Below are positions 38,960 to 46,950 of a stretch of DNA of 58,348 nucleotides, piece by piece. How positions within the stretch are numbered: the first letter of the stretch is position 1; the number at the start of each line of letters is the position of its first letter. The notes beneath the pieces are model-generated. The model did not search any database. It saw only the letters and a program-made list of their open reading frames with translations, and was not told the origin of the DNA. Made by a program: the position numbers and the translations under genes. Source of the stretch: a virus. Lineage: Duplodnaviria > Caudoviricetes. The stretch lies in IMG/VR virus record IMGVR_UViG_3300047554_000702, positions 1 through 58,348 of that record; one strand, given 5' to 3'.

Positions 38960-39768
38960 TACAGGGCACTCCAATTGAGCCGGATCGATCCAGCGTGAGG
39001 GGTTGCGAATGATGCGATGACGGTAATTTCATCCGTTCCGGGTGTAGCAGAAACGCTTAAAAGGTCGATAAGGTCAGTCGCGTTTTCGTCACTGTCAGAG
39101 TGCGGCGCAAGGCCAATCATCACGACATTCGTCGGGGTCACGCCCCTAGCGGTCAAGGTGGCTTCAGCGCTGATTGAATTGTTCGGGACGGGGAGAGAGA
39201 CTTGGCCTGCTAGGCCACCGCTTCCCGTGTCGCCCTTAGCCCCGCCCAGCTTGGCGAAAAACAAGTCCGGCGCGTGGTCACCCTGTGTAATGACGTTAAC
39301 CGCCGTTCCCATCGAATGACGCGCCTGCGCCTTAATCACCGTACCAGCCGCGAAAAACCTTTGCGTGGCAGGATGCAACGAGTCCAGTGCACCCGCTGGC
39401 ACGGTTTGAATATCGGACGCCACTTCATTACCGTTGGCCGTGATGCGCGCCTCTGCTGTCACATCAATGAGAAACCCAGCCCCATCAAACGTGATTTCAG
39501 CGCCGATTTCGTAATACCCATCCTCGGTAATTGTTACGGTCGCGCCGCTCGTCCAGTACGTCCCACCTTGCTGATAGTCAGCCGTGTCCCAAGCAATGTC
39601 AGTCCAAGCCGTGCCAGAGGGGATGCTTTGGTTAGTCGAGCGCCGAATGCGCGTGGCTACGACGCTTGTGGCACCCCCACCGCCAAGCGCGGCCACCTCA
39701 GCAGCGGTCGCCTTGTGCAGCACACCGCCGCGCTCCACCATCAGTAGATCCGTGCCGGTGACAGCCAT
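38959..39768 (-). CDS. fibre-like protein B (N-terminal docking motif, C1q-like domain)
   Basis: MAVTGTDLLMVERGGVLHKATA; NQSIPSGTAWTDIAWDT...GYYEIGAEITF; GAKGDTG. Confidence 0.6.
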   Translation of the reverse strand: MAVTGTDLLMVERGGVLHKATAAEVAALGGGGATSVVATRIRRSTNQSIPSGTAWTDIAWDTADYQQGGTYWTSGATVTITEDGYYEIGAEITFDGAGFLIDVTAEARITANGNEVASDIQTVPAGALDSLHPATQRFFAAGTVIKAQARHSMGTAVNVITQGDHAPDLFFAKLGGAKGDTGSGGLAGQVSLPVPNNSISAEATLTARGVTPTNVVMIGLAPHSDSDENATDLIDLLSVSATPGTDEITVIASFATPHAGSIRLNWSAL

Positions 39769-40346
39769 TACGGGGCGCTCGTCAGATTGGCGATACTGAA
39801 GCCGAGTTGCTGCCCGGAAAGGGTGAGCGGGTTAGTGCTCGCGCTACCACCGAGCGTCACAGCAGCGTGTGAAGCGGTGCGGATGGCGTCGAGATCAGTC
39901 GCGCCGGTGACAGTCAGGAAACCCAACTTGTTGAACTGAGCCGGAACCATCAAGCCTGCGTTTGTGCCGTCCGCAGCCGGAATGGTCGCGTCAGTGCCTG
40001 TGCTGCTGGTCACGACACCGTTTGTTGCGCCGGGTGAATACGAGAGATTCGCTCCACCCACAACAACATCCAGACCCTCTTGCTCGGCGGTCTTTGTCCA
40101 TGAAGAACCGCGCCAAACATAGATTGCCCAACCGCTGCCGACAGTCGCATCACCAGTCGCATCGACAACGAACACACGATCACCAACCGAAACATTGGTC
40201 AGTGCGTTGCGCGCGGTGATGTTCACCACCTCAAACTGTGTGGTGCCGATTTGAGTTTCCATGTAGGACAGGATGTCGCTGGCGAGCACCTTGTAAAGTG
40301 CACCGCCCCGCGAAATCATGAAACTGTCTGAACCTTGCACTGCCAT
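39768..40346 (-). CDS. fibre-like protein A
   Basis: MAVQGSDSFMISRGGALYKVLA; ARNALT...GDRVFVVDATGD...WAIYVW; IPAADGTNAGLM. Confidence 0.6.
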   Translation of the reverse strand: MAVQGSDSFMISRGGALYKVLASDILSYMETQIGTTQFEVVNITARNALTNVSVGDRVFVVDATGDATVGSGWAIYVWRGSSWTKTAEQEGLDVVVGGANLSYSPGATNGVVTSSTGTDATIPAADGTNAGLMVPAQFNKLGFLTVTGATDLDAIRTASHAAVTLGGSASTNPLTLSGQQLGFSIANLTSAP

Positions 40347-40348
40347 TG

Positions 40349-40918
40349 TTATGCCCCTGGTGCTGCTGGTAGTTCTTCGATGTTCACATGAATCCGACCA
40401 CCGGTCATGTCCAAACCGTCGCTTGTATCACCCGCAACCGGTGCGATGACCGGCAGATTGCTTCCACCGATCGTTTCAGCGCTGGTCGTCTGCACGCGAT
40501 ACGACTGATACAAGATAGAAACCGGCAACAGGACTTCATTGCCCTGCTCGATCACACCGGTCGGATCGGGAGTGCCATAAATCTGCACGCCGTTCAACAG
40601 TTGACCGTTCCAGAAGAACGCGCAGATCGAGGCCAGAGCAGCGACCGGAGCATAAATCCCGCCTCCATCGTTCGGCCAATGCAGCACGAGACGCAGGATG
40701 CCACGGTGGTTCTTCTCGTTGCCCCGGAAATCACCGATACGGTTGTTCGGGAGCCATACGAGTTCAAGGTACTTCTGGTCAGCGGGCGGCGTGAATGCAG
40801 CACCGTTTGTGCTACCGACCAACAGGTACTTGATCGGCAAACTCGGCACGGTGCTGTCAGCCACGGCGGCAGTGACGGCCTGCTGCAGAGCAGAGATAAT
40901 CTCAGTCTCGTTAACCAT
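40349..40918 (-). CDS. tail terminator-like protein with C-terminal extension
   Basis: FTPPADQKYL...RGILRLVLHWP...G...PVSILY core plus about 45 extra residues. Confidence 0.7.
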   Translation of the reverse strand: MVNETEIISALQQAVTAAVADSTVPSLPIKYLLVGSTNGAAFTPPADQKYLELVWLPNNRIGDFRGNEKNHRGILRLVLHWPNDGGGIYAPVAALASICAFFWNGQLLNGVQIYGTPDPTGVIEQGNEVLLPVSILYQSYRVQTTSAETIGGSNLPVIAPVAGDTSDGLDMTGGRIHVNIEELPAAPGA

Positions 40919-41352
40919 CAGGTGCCTCGGAAGCGCTCAGAGTTGATCGTGACGTAGTTCTGCCAGTTTTGGATCGCTGTGTCCATGAATCCGTCGTAGA
41001 CCTCGCGCACTTCTGCGTATGCCGCCGTCCATCCCCAAAAGAACGTCTCGCCGATCTGAAGATCGAGCAGGACGGCATTGAGAGCGGTGCCGTCGTATGT
41101 GTCGAGCGCGCCCGTGTACTGACCAGTAGGTGCGCCTGCTGGCTTCTGATTCGGGCCGCTGGGGACGCTGCCGATCGCGGCGCGGCCCGACGCCCGCAAG
41201 AATCCGGTATCGACACGCATCCGGCCACCTTTGCCGGTCGGGGTCTGCATGTCTTCAACCATGTCGCGCACACTGTTGCGAACGACCGCCAGCAGACGCG
41301 CATCGGACTTGGCGACGAAATCGGCAATGTCAGCTGAAAGCGTCTGTTTCAT
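40918..41352 (-). CDS. HK97 gp10-like neck/tail-completion protein
   Basis: RVDTGFLRAS...WTAAYA...FMDTAIQNW. Confidence 0.75.
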   Translation of the reverse strand: MKQTLSADIADFVAKSDARLLAVVRNSVRDMVEDMQTPTGKGGRMRVDTGFLRASGRAAIGSVPSGPNQKPAGAPTGQYTGALDTYDGTALNAVLLDLQIGETFFWGWTAAYAEVREVYDGFMDTAIQNWQNYVTINSERFRGT

Positions 41353-42374
41353 CACGCCACCCCATGAGCAAAGTCGATCACATAGCGAACCCGGCACCGG
41401 CACAGCACGACCTCGCGCGGTGGAGCACCGAGCGAGGTGTCGTGCGGGTGCATCATCCTTGCACCCGTCACAGGCGACACGAACGGCTCGTCGATGCCCA
41501 CCCGTTGCCCGTCCATCTCAGCGTGAGAATGGCGCACGCGGCTGTCCCCGGCGCTGTCCCACACCTTCTCTGCGGCAGCGAGCGGCAGATCGGACTGCAG
41601 GAGCGCTTGCCTGGTCGCCTCAAACTCGCTGCGATTGAGTGCAGCGAGCGCTTCGCTTCGACCGATTGTTTCACCGCGATGCTTGAGTGCATTGTCCTCA
41701 TAGCGCGTGATAAGCCGTTCGACCGTTTCGAGCGGTAGAGGTCTGTTTTCCTCGATCGCCTTGCGCACCACGCTGTCGAACCGCTTGTCCCGCAGACCCA
41801 TGTCGAAATAGCCCGGATCGAGCGTGAGCAGCTTCTGACGCGCGCTCTGAGCCCATCCGATTTGGCCGGTCGTCAAACCGACCGCACCGCCTTCACGCCG
41901 CCCGGTTTCGCGATTGACACGGCCAACCAGATCCAGCGCAATGTTTCGAGGGTTGCGACCTTCTGCCAGACCGCGCTGAAGTGATGTTCGGACGGATTGA
42001 CGCACGTCTTCGCCGATCTCGGTCACAAGTCCGCTCGACCGCTCTTGCAGCCACGCTTCCGCTTCCCTGTCTCGCACGTTGAATCGCATCACGGTTCTAA
42101 CTCCGTCGCGTGCAGTAGCATATTTCGGTAGACCCGCGATTAACGCCAAACCGCCCGCTTCAAAGGTCTGTAGCATTGCAACATAGTAGCCGCTGAATAC
42201 AGCCGGGTTGTAACCGAGAGCACGCAGCACACCCTGTTCGTCACCGCGTTCGATCATGCGGATCAATTCGGCCAATATCGCACTGTCGCGAATTTCACGC
42301 AGACCGTTGAGAATAGCGTCGCGCACAATCGGCGCGAACTTCTCAAGCAGTTCTCTGAGTTGCTTTTCGGTCAT
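41352..42374 (-). CDS. minor head protein (MuF / SPP1 gp7-like)
   Basis: RGETIGRSE...KVWDSAGDSRVRHSH..MDGQ...PF...HPHD...CRC. Confidence 0.85.
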   Translation of the reverse strand: MTEKQLRELLEKFAPIVRDAILNGLREIRDSAILAELIRMIERGDEQGVLRALGYNPAVFSGYYVAMLQTFEAGGLALIAGLPKYATARDGVRTVMRFNVRDREAEAWLQERSSGLVTEIGEDVRQSVRTSLQRGLAEGRNPRNIALDLVGRVNRETGRREGGAVGLTTGQIGWAQSARQKLLTLDPGYFDMGLRDKRFDSVVRKAIEENRPLPLETVERLITRYEDNALKHRGETIGRSEALAALNRSEFEATRQALLQSDLPLAAAEKVWDSAGDSRVRHSHAEMDGQRVGIDEPFVSPVTGARMMHPHDTSLGAPPREVVLCRCRVRYVIDFAHGVA

Positions 42375-42375
42375 G

Positions 42376-42741
42376 CTACTTCCTGACCATCACAGTCCAA
42401 CTGACGGGGTTGCCCGCAGCGGGTCGAGCCATGATCATAGTAATCTTATGGTCCACACCGTCGATGCGGACGATGTGACCGAGTACCGGTACAGGTGATA
42501 CACCATCGTTCGGAATGCTCAACTGCTTGTCGGTGACGAGCACATTGGTTCCGTCCACGTATTTCGTGCTGACCGGTCGAGCCGTGGCATTGAGCGCGAC
42601 AGGTGTACCCGGCGCGGACGTAGATGGTAGATCAGGCCGTGCGCCGGGTGTGACATTGATCGGCACATACCGCACATCGCCCTGCTTGAACTCAGCGTGC
42701 AACTCGCTCGAAACCTGTCGCAGATCATCATATATCGACAT
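42376..42741 (-). CDS. head-closure/stopper protein
   Basis: YVDGTNVLVTDKQL...VRK; synteny. Confidence 0.7.
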   Translation of the reverse strand: MSIYDDLRQVSSELHAEFKQGDVRYVPINVTPGARPDLPSTSAPGTPVALNATARPVSTKYVDGTNVLVTDKQLSIPNDGVSPVPVLGHIVRIDGVDHKITMIMARPAAGNPVSWTVMVRK

Positions 42742-42746
42742 AGAAC

Positions 42747-42780
42747 TTGACCACCCTGTAAGTTATGCTATTAGCGATTC
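42747..42780 (+). promoter_or_regulatory. promoter of the opposite-strand moron gene
   Basis: TTGACC-17 nt-GCTATT/TATTAG upstream of AGGAG and GTG at 42812. Confidence 0.5.
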
Positions 42781-42811
42781 GTCACACACCAACTCAGACA
42801 GGAGAAACATC

Positions 42812-43150
42812 GTGGCGAACACCGAACCGATCGTGATGGTCGGCGACATTGACATTGCACTTCCCCCGAAGCCGTCGCGCGGCGGCACCGGCAAGACCAA
42901 GTATCCGTTCGACAGCCTTGAGGTCGGCAAGTTCTTCTCGCTGAAGAACAAGACGCGACGTGCAATGGCTGGCCCGGTCGGGCTTGCAAACAAGCGCTTC
43001 CGTGACGTGCTCAAGAACGAAGCCGGTGAAACCGTCAGCACCAAGCAGAACCGTGAATTTTACGCGGCCGATGTTGATGCTGAACTGGCGAAGTCGCTCA
43101 AGGGTACGCCGCACGAAGGTGCGATTACCCTCGTCATTCGCAGCGTGTAA
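42812..43150 (+). CDS. small basic putative DNA-binding protein (moron)
   Basis: AGGAG SD; LPPKPSRGG...KYPFDSLEVGKFF motif; has its own promoter and terminator. Confidence 0.7.
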   Translation: MANTEPIVMVGDIDIALPPKPSRGGTGKTKYPFDSLEVGKFFSLKNKTRRAMAGPVGLANKRFRDVLKNEAGETVSTKQNREFYAADVDAELAKSLKGTPHEGAITLVIRSV

Positions 43151-43182
43151 TCCCCCCCTTCTCTCAACGCACGCTGCGCACT

Positions 43183-43222
43183 GCCCCCGCGCTCGCTTCG
43201 GCTGAGTTGCGGGGGCTTTTTT
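43183..43222 (+). terminator. intrinsic terminator
   Basis: GCCCCCGC...GCGGGGGC followed by TTTTTT. Confidence 0.75.
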
Positions 43223-43718
43223 ATCCACGGACGATGCCGCTCGAAATGGACGAAACGCCGCCGTTGCCTTCCATGATCGGCGCGAGAATTTGTCCGATGA
43301 TCGGAAACTGAGCCTGTACCTGCTGTGCGCTCAGATTGAGGTATTCAGCGCTCACCGAGCCCTCGATCGAAACCCGCTTGTATCGCGGCGGCGTGTAATC
43401 GGTCTGCAGCACCGCAGGGTTTTGTAGGTGGCGCAGTGCAGCTTCGTATGTCGCTTGCTCGATCTCGACCGGCACAGTCTCTGAACTGACAGGGTATCCT
43501 TCGCGGTCCTGCACCCAGCTGCGCGGCCAGTCGCGGATCTGCTGCTGCCGGTCGCCGACCTTGTATCCAGGCCAACGATAGCCAAAAGCCCCGTCCAGCC
43601 ATTCAGACGCGACGAGCAGAGCCACGTTGACCTCTGAGTCGGTGTAATCGCTGGCGTCTCGACCGCGCGCCGTGTGGTACGCCTGAAACGCCGCCGCTGT
43701 GCCGTAAAATTCGGTCAC
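43221..43718 (-). CDS. head-tail adaptor (DnaT-like putative adaptor family)
   Basis: YGTAAAFQAYHTARG...ASEWLD...WPR...VPVEIEQATYEAAL. Confidence 0.8.
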   Translation of the reverse strand: MTEFYGTAAAFQAYHTARGRDASDYTDSEVNVALLVASEWLDGAFGYRWPGYKVGDRQQQIRDWPRSWVQDREGYPVSSETVPVEIEQATYEAALRHLQNPAVLQTDYTPPRYKRVSIEGSVSAEYLNLSAQQVQAQFPIIGQILAPIMEGNGGVSSISSGIVRG

Positions 43719-43732
43719 CTGTCACTCCATCG

Positions 43733-43763
43733 AAAAAGGGCGGCAGGATCGCCCGCCGCCCCT
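43733..43763 (-). terminator. intrinsic terminator
   Basis: Minus strand GGGGCGGCGGG CGAT CCTGCCGCCC followed by TTTTT. Confidence 0.7.
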
Positions 43764-43787
43764 CATATCACGCTGTCTGCGCAGGCG

Positions 43788-44150
43788 CTAGGCTTGCTTG
43801 GCGGTGATCTCAGCCAGCGCCGCCTTGGCCTTTGCTTCGGTCTGATAACCATCGACCACGATGCCGAGTGCTTCAGCCGCTTCACCGTCGATCTTCGCAC
43901 CGAGTTCGTTCACGATGAAGAACTTGGCACCGGACTTCATCACGAGCAGCTTTTGCGCCGGGGCCGGATCGGGGTTGGTCGCCGCAGGGTCTGCCGGAAC
44001 CGGATCGGGTTCGACGGCATCGTAAAGCGCCATCGTTTCCGGGTCGAAATCTTCCTCGTTGATGCGGACGGGGCCGTTCTCGGTTTTGATCGTGACGGTC
44101 GGCAGGATGCCGCTGGAATATGCCAGCGCGGTCAGTGCAATGAGTTTCAT
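43788..44150 (-). CDS. small head-region protein with N-terminal AY leader
   Basis: GAGGA SD; MKLIALTALAY then PTVTIKTENGPVRINEEDFDPE. Confidence 0.7.
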   Translation of the reverse strand: MKLIALTALAYSSGILPTVTIKTENGPVRINEEDFDPETMALYDAVEPDPVPADPAATNPDPAPAQKLLVMKSGAKFFIVNELGAKIDGEAAEALGIVVDGYQTEAKAKAALAEITAKQA

Positions 44151-44216
44151 GTGCGGTCCTCGTGTTGATGAGGTGAAAACCTTACCACACAAAAAACAAC
44201 CCCGCCACCCTTTCGA

Positions 44217-44894
44217 TCAGCCAGCGGCAACTGCTCGCTCGACGTCCCAACCTCTTTCTAGAATACGCTTGCGCAGCTTTTTCTCGGGGATGCCCGTTCT
44301 CTGCCCCAACTGTTTCATTGTGTGCATCGCGCCTTCGTATTCAACACGACGTTCGATGCGTCTTGGTATCATCGACTTTTTTGTAATGTAAGGTTCGTCG
44401 GCGGGTATGCCGCGCTCCTGCTTCATTCTAGCCAGACGAGTATCGCGCGCTATCTTCATGCGTTCATGTGGTCCCATGATGTCCTCAGTGAGTGCCCGCT
44501 CTACACTCCACCCTTTGATCTGTAGTCTAGTGTGCAGAGTACCCGCGTTGATTCCTATTTCTTCGGCCCAAGTCGATATGTTCTGAGTTTTTCCGTTGAA
44601 CTCGATCATTACTGACGACCGTCTATTTTGATGATTTTGCTTGGCCGTGACCCATCTTACGTTGTCAGGTGTATAGTCACCGTTGTTGTTGATCCGATCT
44701 AAGTGAGCACCATCGAAATAACCACCGGGTAGTTGTCGAGTGTAAGTGTAAGGATCGTGCCAATCATCACACACCTTAATGCCACGACCCCCGTAGTTCT
44801 TGAAGGTGGAGCATTCAGGGTTGTAACAACGATCCATCATGTTTTGCCAGCGACGAACGAATGGCTTGATGCGCGTCCAAGTTTCAAAATCCAT
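44217..44894 (-). CDS. HNH homing endonuclease
   Basis: WQNMMDRCYNP...YGGRGIKVC..W...LDRINNNGDYTPDNVRWVT...N; repeated C-terminal GWSVERA/GWDVERA modules. Confidence 0.85.
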   Translation of the reverse strand: MDFETWTRIKPFVRRWQNMMDRCYNPECSTFKNYGGRGIKVCDDWHDPYTYTRQLPGGYFDGAHLDRINNNGDYTPDNVRWVTAKQNHQNRRSSVMIEFNGKTQNISTWAEEIGINAGTLHTRLQIKGWSVERALTEDIMGPHERMKIARDTRLARMKQERGIPADEPYITKKSMIPRRIERRVEYEGAMHTMKQLGQRTGIPEKKLRKRILERGWDVERAVAAG

Positions 44895-44897
44895 AGA

Positions 44898-44934
44898 TAA
44901 GGCCACCTTGCTAATTGGTAGCAAGGTGGCCTTA
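44898..44934. promoter_or_regulatory. perfect 16-bp hairpin covering the HNH gene's ribosome-binding site
   Basis: TAAGGCCACCTTGCTA attgg TAGCAAGGTGGCCTTA. Confidence 0.75.
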
Positions 44935-44967
44935 ATTCGTTGGGGTGTCAAGGCTTACAAGCCTAAG

Positions 44968-46203
44968 TTACCCAAGCAGAAGGGCGATATGCTCCGTTTT
45001 CGAAGCGTGCGCGCCCCATGCGAGACCAATCTCACCGTACATCATGCGGTAGCCTGGATAGATGGCGAACTCGAAGGTGAGCCCGCTGCGCGGATCGGTC
45101 ACCAGCATCACATCGACCGCGAGATCACCGCTTTCGGGGCGAGCAGGCGGGCGAGCAGCAAGGTGGAGCGCATCCATCGAGAAACCGACACCGGCCACAG
45201 CGTAGCTGTTGGTGACGGTGATCGCGGTAGCCGATGCCGGAATGGCCTGAAGCAGACCCGGAGCGGCCAGAACGATCGTGCCACCACCCGACACATCTGC
45301 GTCGCCAGTCACAACCCGATAACGATTGGGATCGCCCGCGAAGCTGACGAAATCGTTGGCAAGGATCGTGCCGGTGCCTGCCGAAGCGAGCGTGATGGTG
45401 CGTGCGCCGACAGCATAACCGGCGTTGTTGGTGGTAGCGCTGGCTGCGGTGCCCTTGGTGTGCGAGCGCGGCTGACCGGTTTCCTTCACCGAGAAGTTGA
45501 AGATGTCCATCAGTTCACCCTGACGCAGGGTCATCTGATCACCGGCTTCATTCACGCGGGTCAGGTTCTTGGTCGAACGCAGGTTGGCACCAGCGGACGT
45601 GTTGAGCACCAGCGAGCGGCCCGACGCAGGTGCGCCGTTGTCGTCCAGAATCTTGCGGATCTGAGCGATGTCGCCGAGGTGATCGACCGAAGTGCCGAAC
45701 GGTGTGGTGCCTGCGGTGCCGAATGCACGCGATGCAGCGCGAGCCGCAACCGTCGAAACGGTGCTTTCGACCGCGTTGGTCAGAGTGCGCAGCGACTGTG
45801 CAACGATCATCGCCTGTGCCGACTGGTACGACGGACCCGAACCGGCATTGAGCGAACGCTGTTCCTCAGCGACGAAGTTGAACTTCGCAGCCTTGGCATC
45901 AGTGATCGTCATGGTGCCCGTCTCGAACACGTTGTCGAAGTTGCTGGGCGGGGTCATCGCCGGAACGATGTCGCTCAAGGTCTGCGGCGGCGCGATCGGA
46001 TACTGCACGGTCTGGCCGACAGCAGCGGCTTCGACGCCGGGTGCACGCATGACGGACGGGATGTAGCCGACCAGTTCGCGCGAAACCACATCCATTGCGG
46101 TGTAGATGTCGCCGACGATCGCGGTCAGGGTGTTGGCATATGCGGGCATGTGACCGATCATCGGTGCGGTGCGCGCAAGCAGGATCTGCTTCATGTTGGA
46201 CAT
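44968..46203 (-). CDS. major capsid protein (P22 coat-like, with an inserted Ig-like segment) carrying an N-terminal AY leader
   Basis: ANTLT...DVVSRELVGYIPSV...RKILDDNGAP...LRQGEL...DPRSGLTFE...YPGY...LAWG...ALLLG; start at MSNMK after GAGGT. Confidence 0.88.
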   Translation of the reverse strand: MSNMKQILLARTAPMIGHMPAYANTLTAIVGDIYTAMDVVSRELVGYIPSVMRAPGVEAAAVGQTVQYPIAPPQTLSDIVPAMTPPSNFDNVFETGTMTITDAKAAKFNFVAEEQRSLNAGSGPSYQSAQAMIVAQSLRTLTNAVESTVSTVAARAASRAFGTAGTTPFGTSVDHLGDIAQIRKILDDNGAPASGRSLVLNTSAGANLRSTKNLTRVNEAGDQMTLRQGELMDIFNFSVKETGQPRSHTKGTAASATTNNAGYAVGARTITLASAGTGTILANDFVSFAGDPNRYRVVTGDADVSGGGTIVLAAPGLLQAIPASATAITVTNSYAVAGVGFSMDALHLAARPPARPESGDLAVDVMLVTDPRSGLTFEFAIYPGYRMMYGEIGLAWGAHASKTEHIALLLG

Positions 46204-46239
46204 GATGAACCTCATGGTTGAAGATGTGGGGGTTTCGCC

Positions 46240-46284
46240 CGTTCATCTCGAACTGCGGCTCAAGGTGCGATCATCTCGATCTGC
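46240..46284 (-). promoter_or_regulatory. tandem covarying hairpins in the capsid 5' UTR
   Basis: Minus strand GCAGATC-GAGAT-GATCG and GCAGTTC-GAGAT-GAACG. Confidence 0.5.
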
Positions 46285-46329
46285 CACGCTCATGCACGTT
46301 ACACGTGTGGTGTGTTGTTAGTCAACAGC

Positions 46330-46357
46330 AAAAGGGCGCACCTTTCGATGCGCCCTC
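46330..46357 (-). terminator. intrinsic terminator downstream of the tmRNA
   Basis: Minus strand AGGGCGCATC GAAA GGTGCGCCCT followed by TTT. Confidence 0.7.
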
Positions 46358-46449
46358 CCAGCGTGCCAACGCTTAACTCTCGGGGGGGGGGCTGGCACCT
46401 CCCCTTCCCTCACAGTGAATGCCAGACACCGTTCGGAGTACCTGTGAAA

Positions 46450-46790
46450 CTCTGTGGCCCGTCCTGTTTCCCGGTGGAGCCGTACCGATGTTTCGTGCCG
46501 TTAGGCGGCGAGACGATGTGCCATTGCTGGCTCGTTGTCGTTGACAGTTAAGTCTTCTGTGCCGTTGCGGTGGCCCAAGCCGGATCGCGCTCAATTTCGC
46601 TCCACACCGTCGATCCTAGTTCACGCCCATCAACTGCACCGGACAGCAACGCCTATCCGTTCTGTTCAGCGTATCACTCGGTCATAACCTCACGGGCCGA
46701 GCCGGTGCAAATGGTGGACGTGGCGGGTACTGCCCCCGCGTCCGGTGTTTCCCTACGTTGATCGAGTTACGATCATCGACAGACTATATG
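46450..46790 (-). ncRNA. ssrA: circularly permuted (two-piece, alphaproteobacterial-type) tmRNA
   Basis: Acceptor piece ends GCGGG-GGCAGTA-CCCGC-CACGTCC-ACCA (3' end 46712). Coding piece starts GGGCGTG-AACTAGGATCGAC (46628), giving a 7-bp acceptor stem with G3.U70. Tag frame 46545-46501 reads VNDNEPAMAHRLAA-stop. Outer ends are approximate. Confidence 0.93.
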
Positions 46791-46832
46791 TCCTCAATGC
46801 GTCCCTGCGGTCTGCCAGCGCCGCATTCGAAT

Positions 46833-46861
46833 CACCTAGAACAAGTGGTAAGTTTTGTCAA
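46833..46861 (-). promoter_or_regulatory. promoter upstream of the tmRNA
   Basis: TTGACA-17 nt-TAGGTG. Confidence 0.55.
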
Positions 46862-46950
46862 GCCCTGTTACAACAATGCACCGGAAGCGGTGACGAGACA
46901 CTTCCGGTGCATTGGATCGACTGGTCAGCTTGGCCCTGACCAGGATACTC

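Noticed and set aside
46712-46745. Stand-alone tRNA, or an attP fragment of a prophage
   Set aside because: There is no anticodon arm, the matching 5' piece and tag frame lie downstream (complete permuted tmRNA), and no integrase was found in the window.
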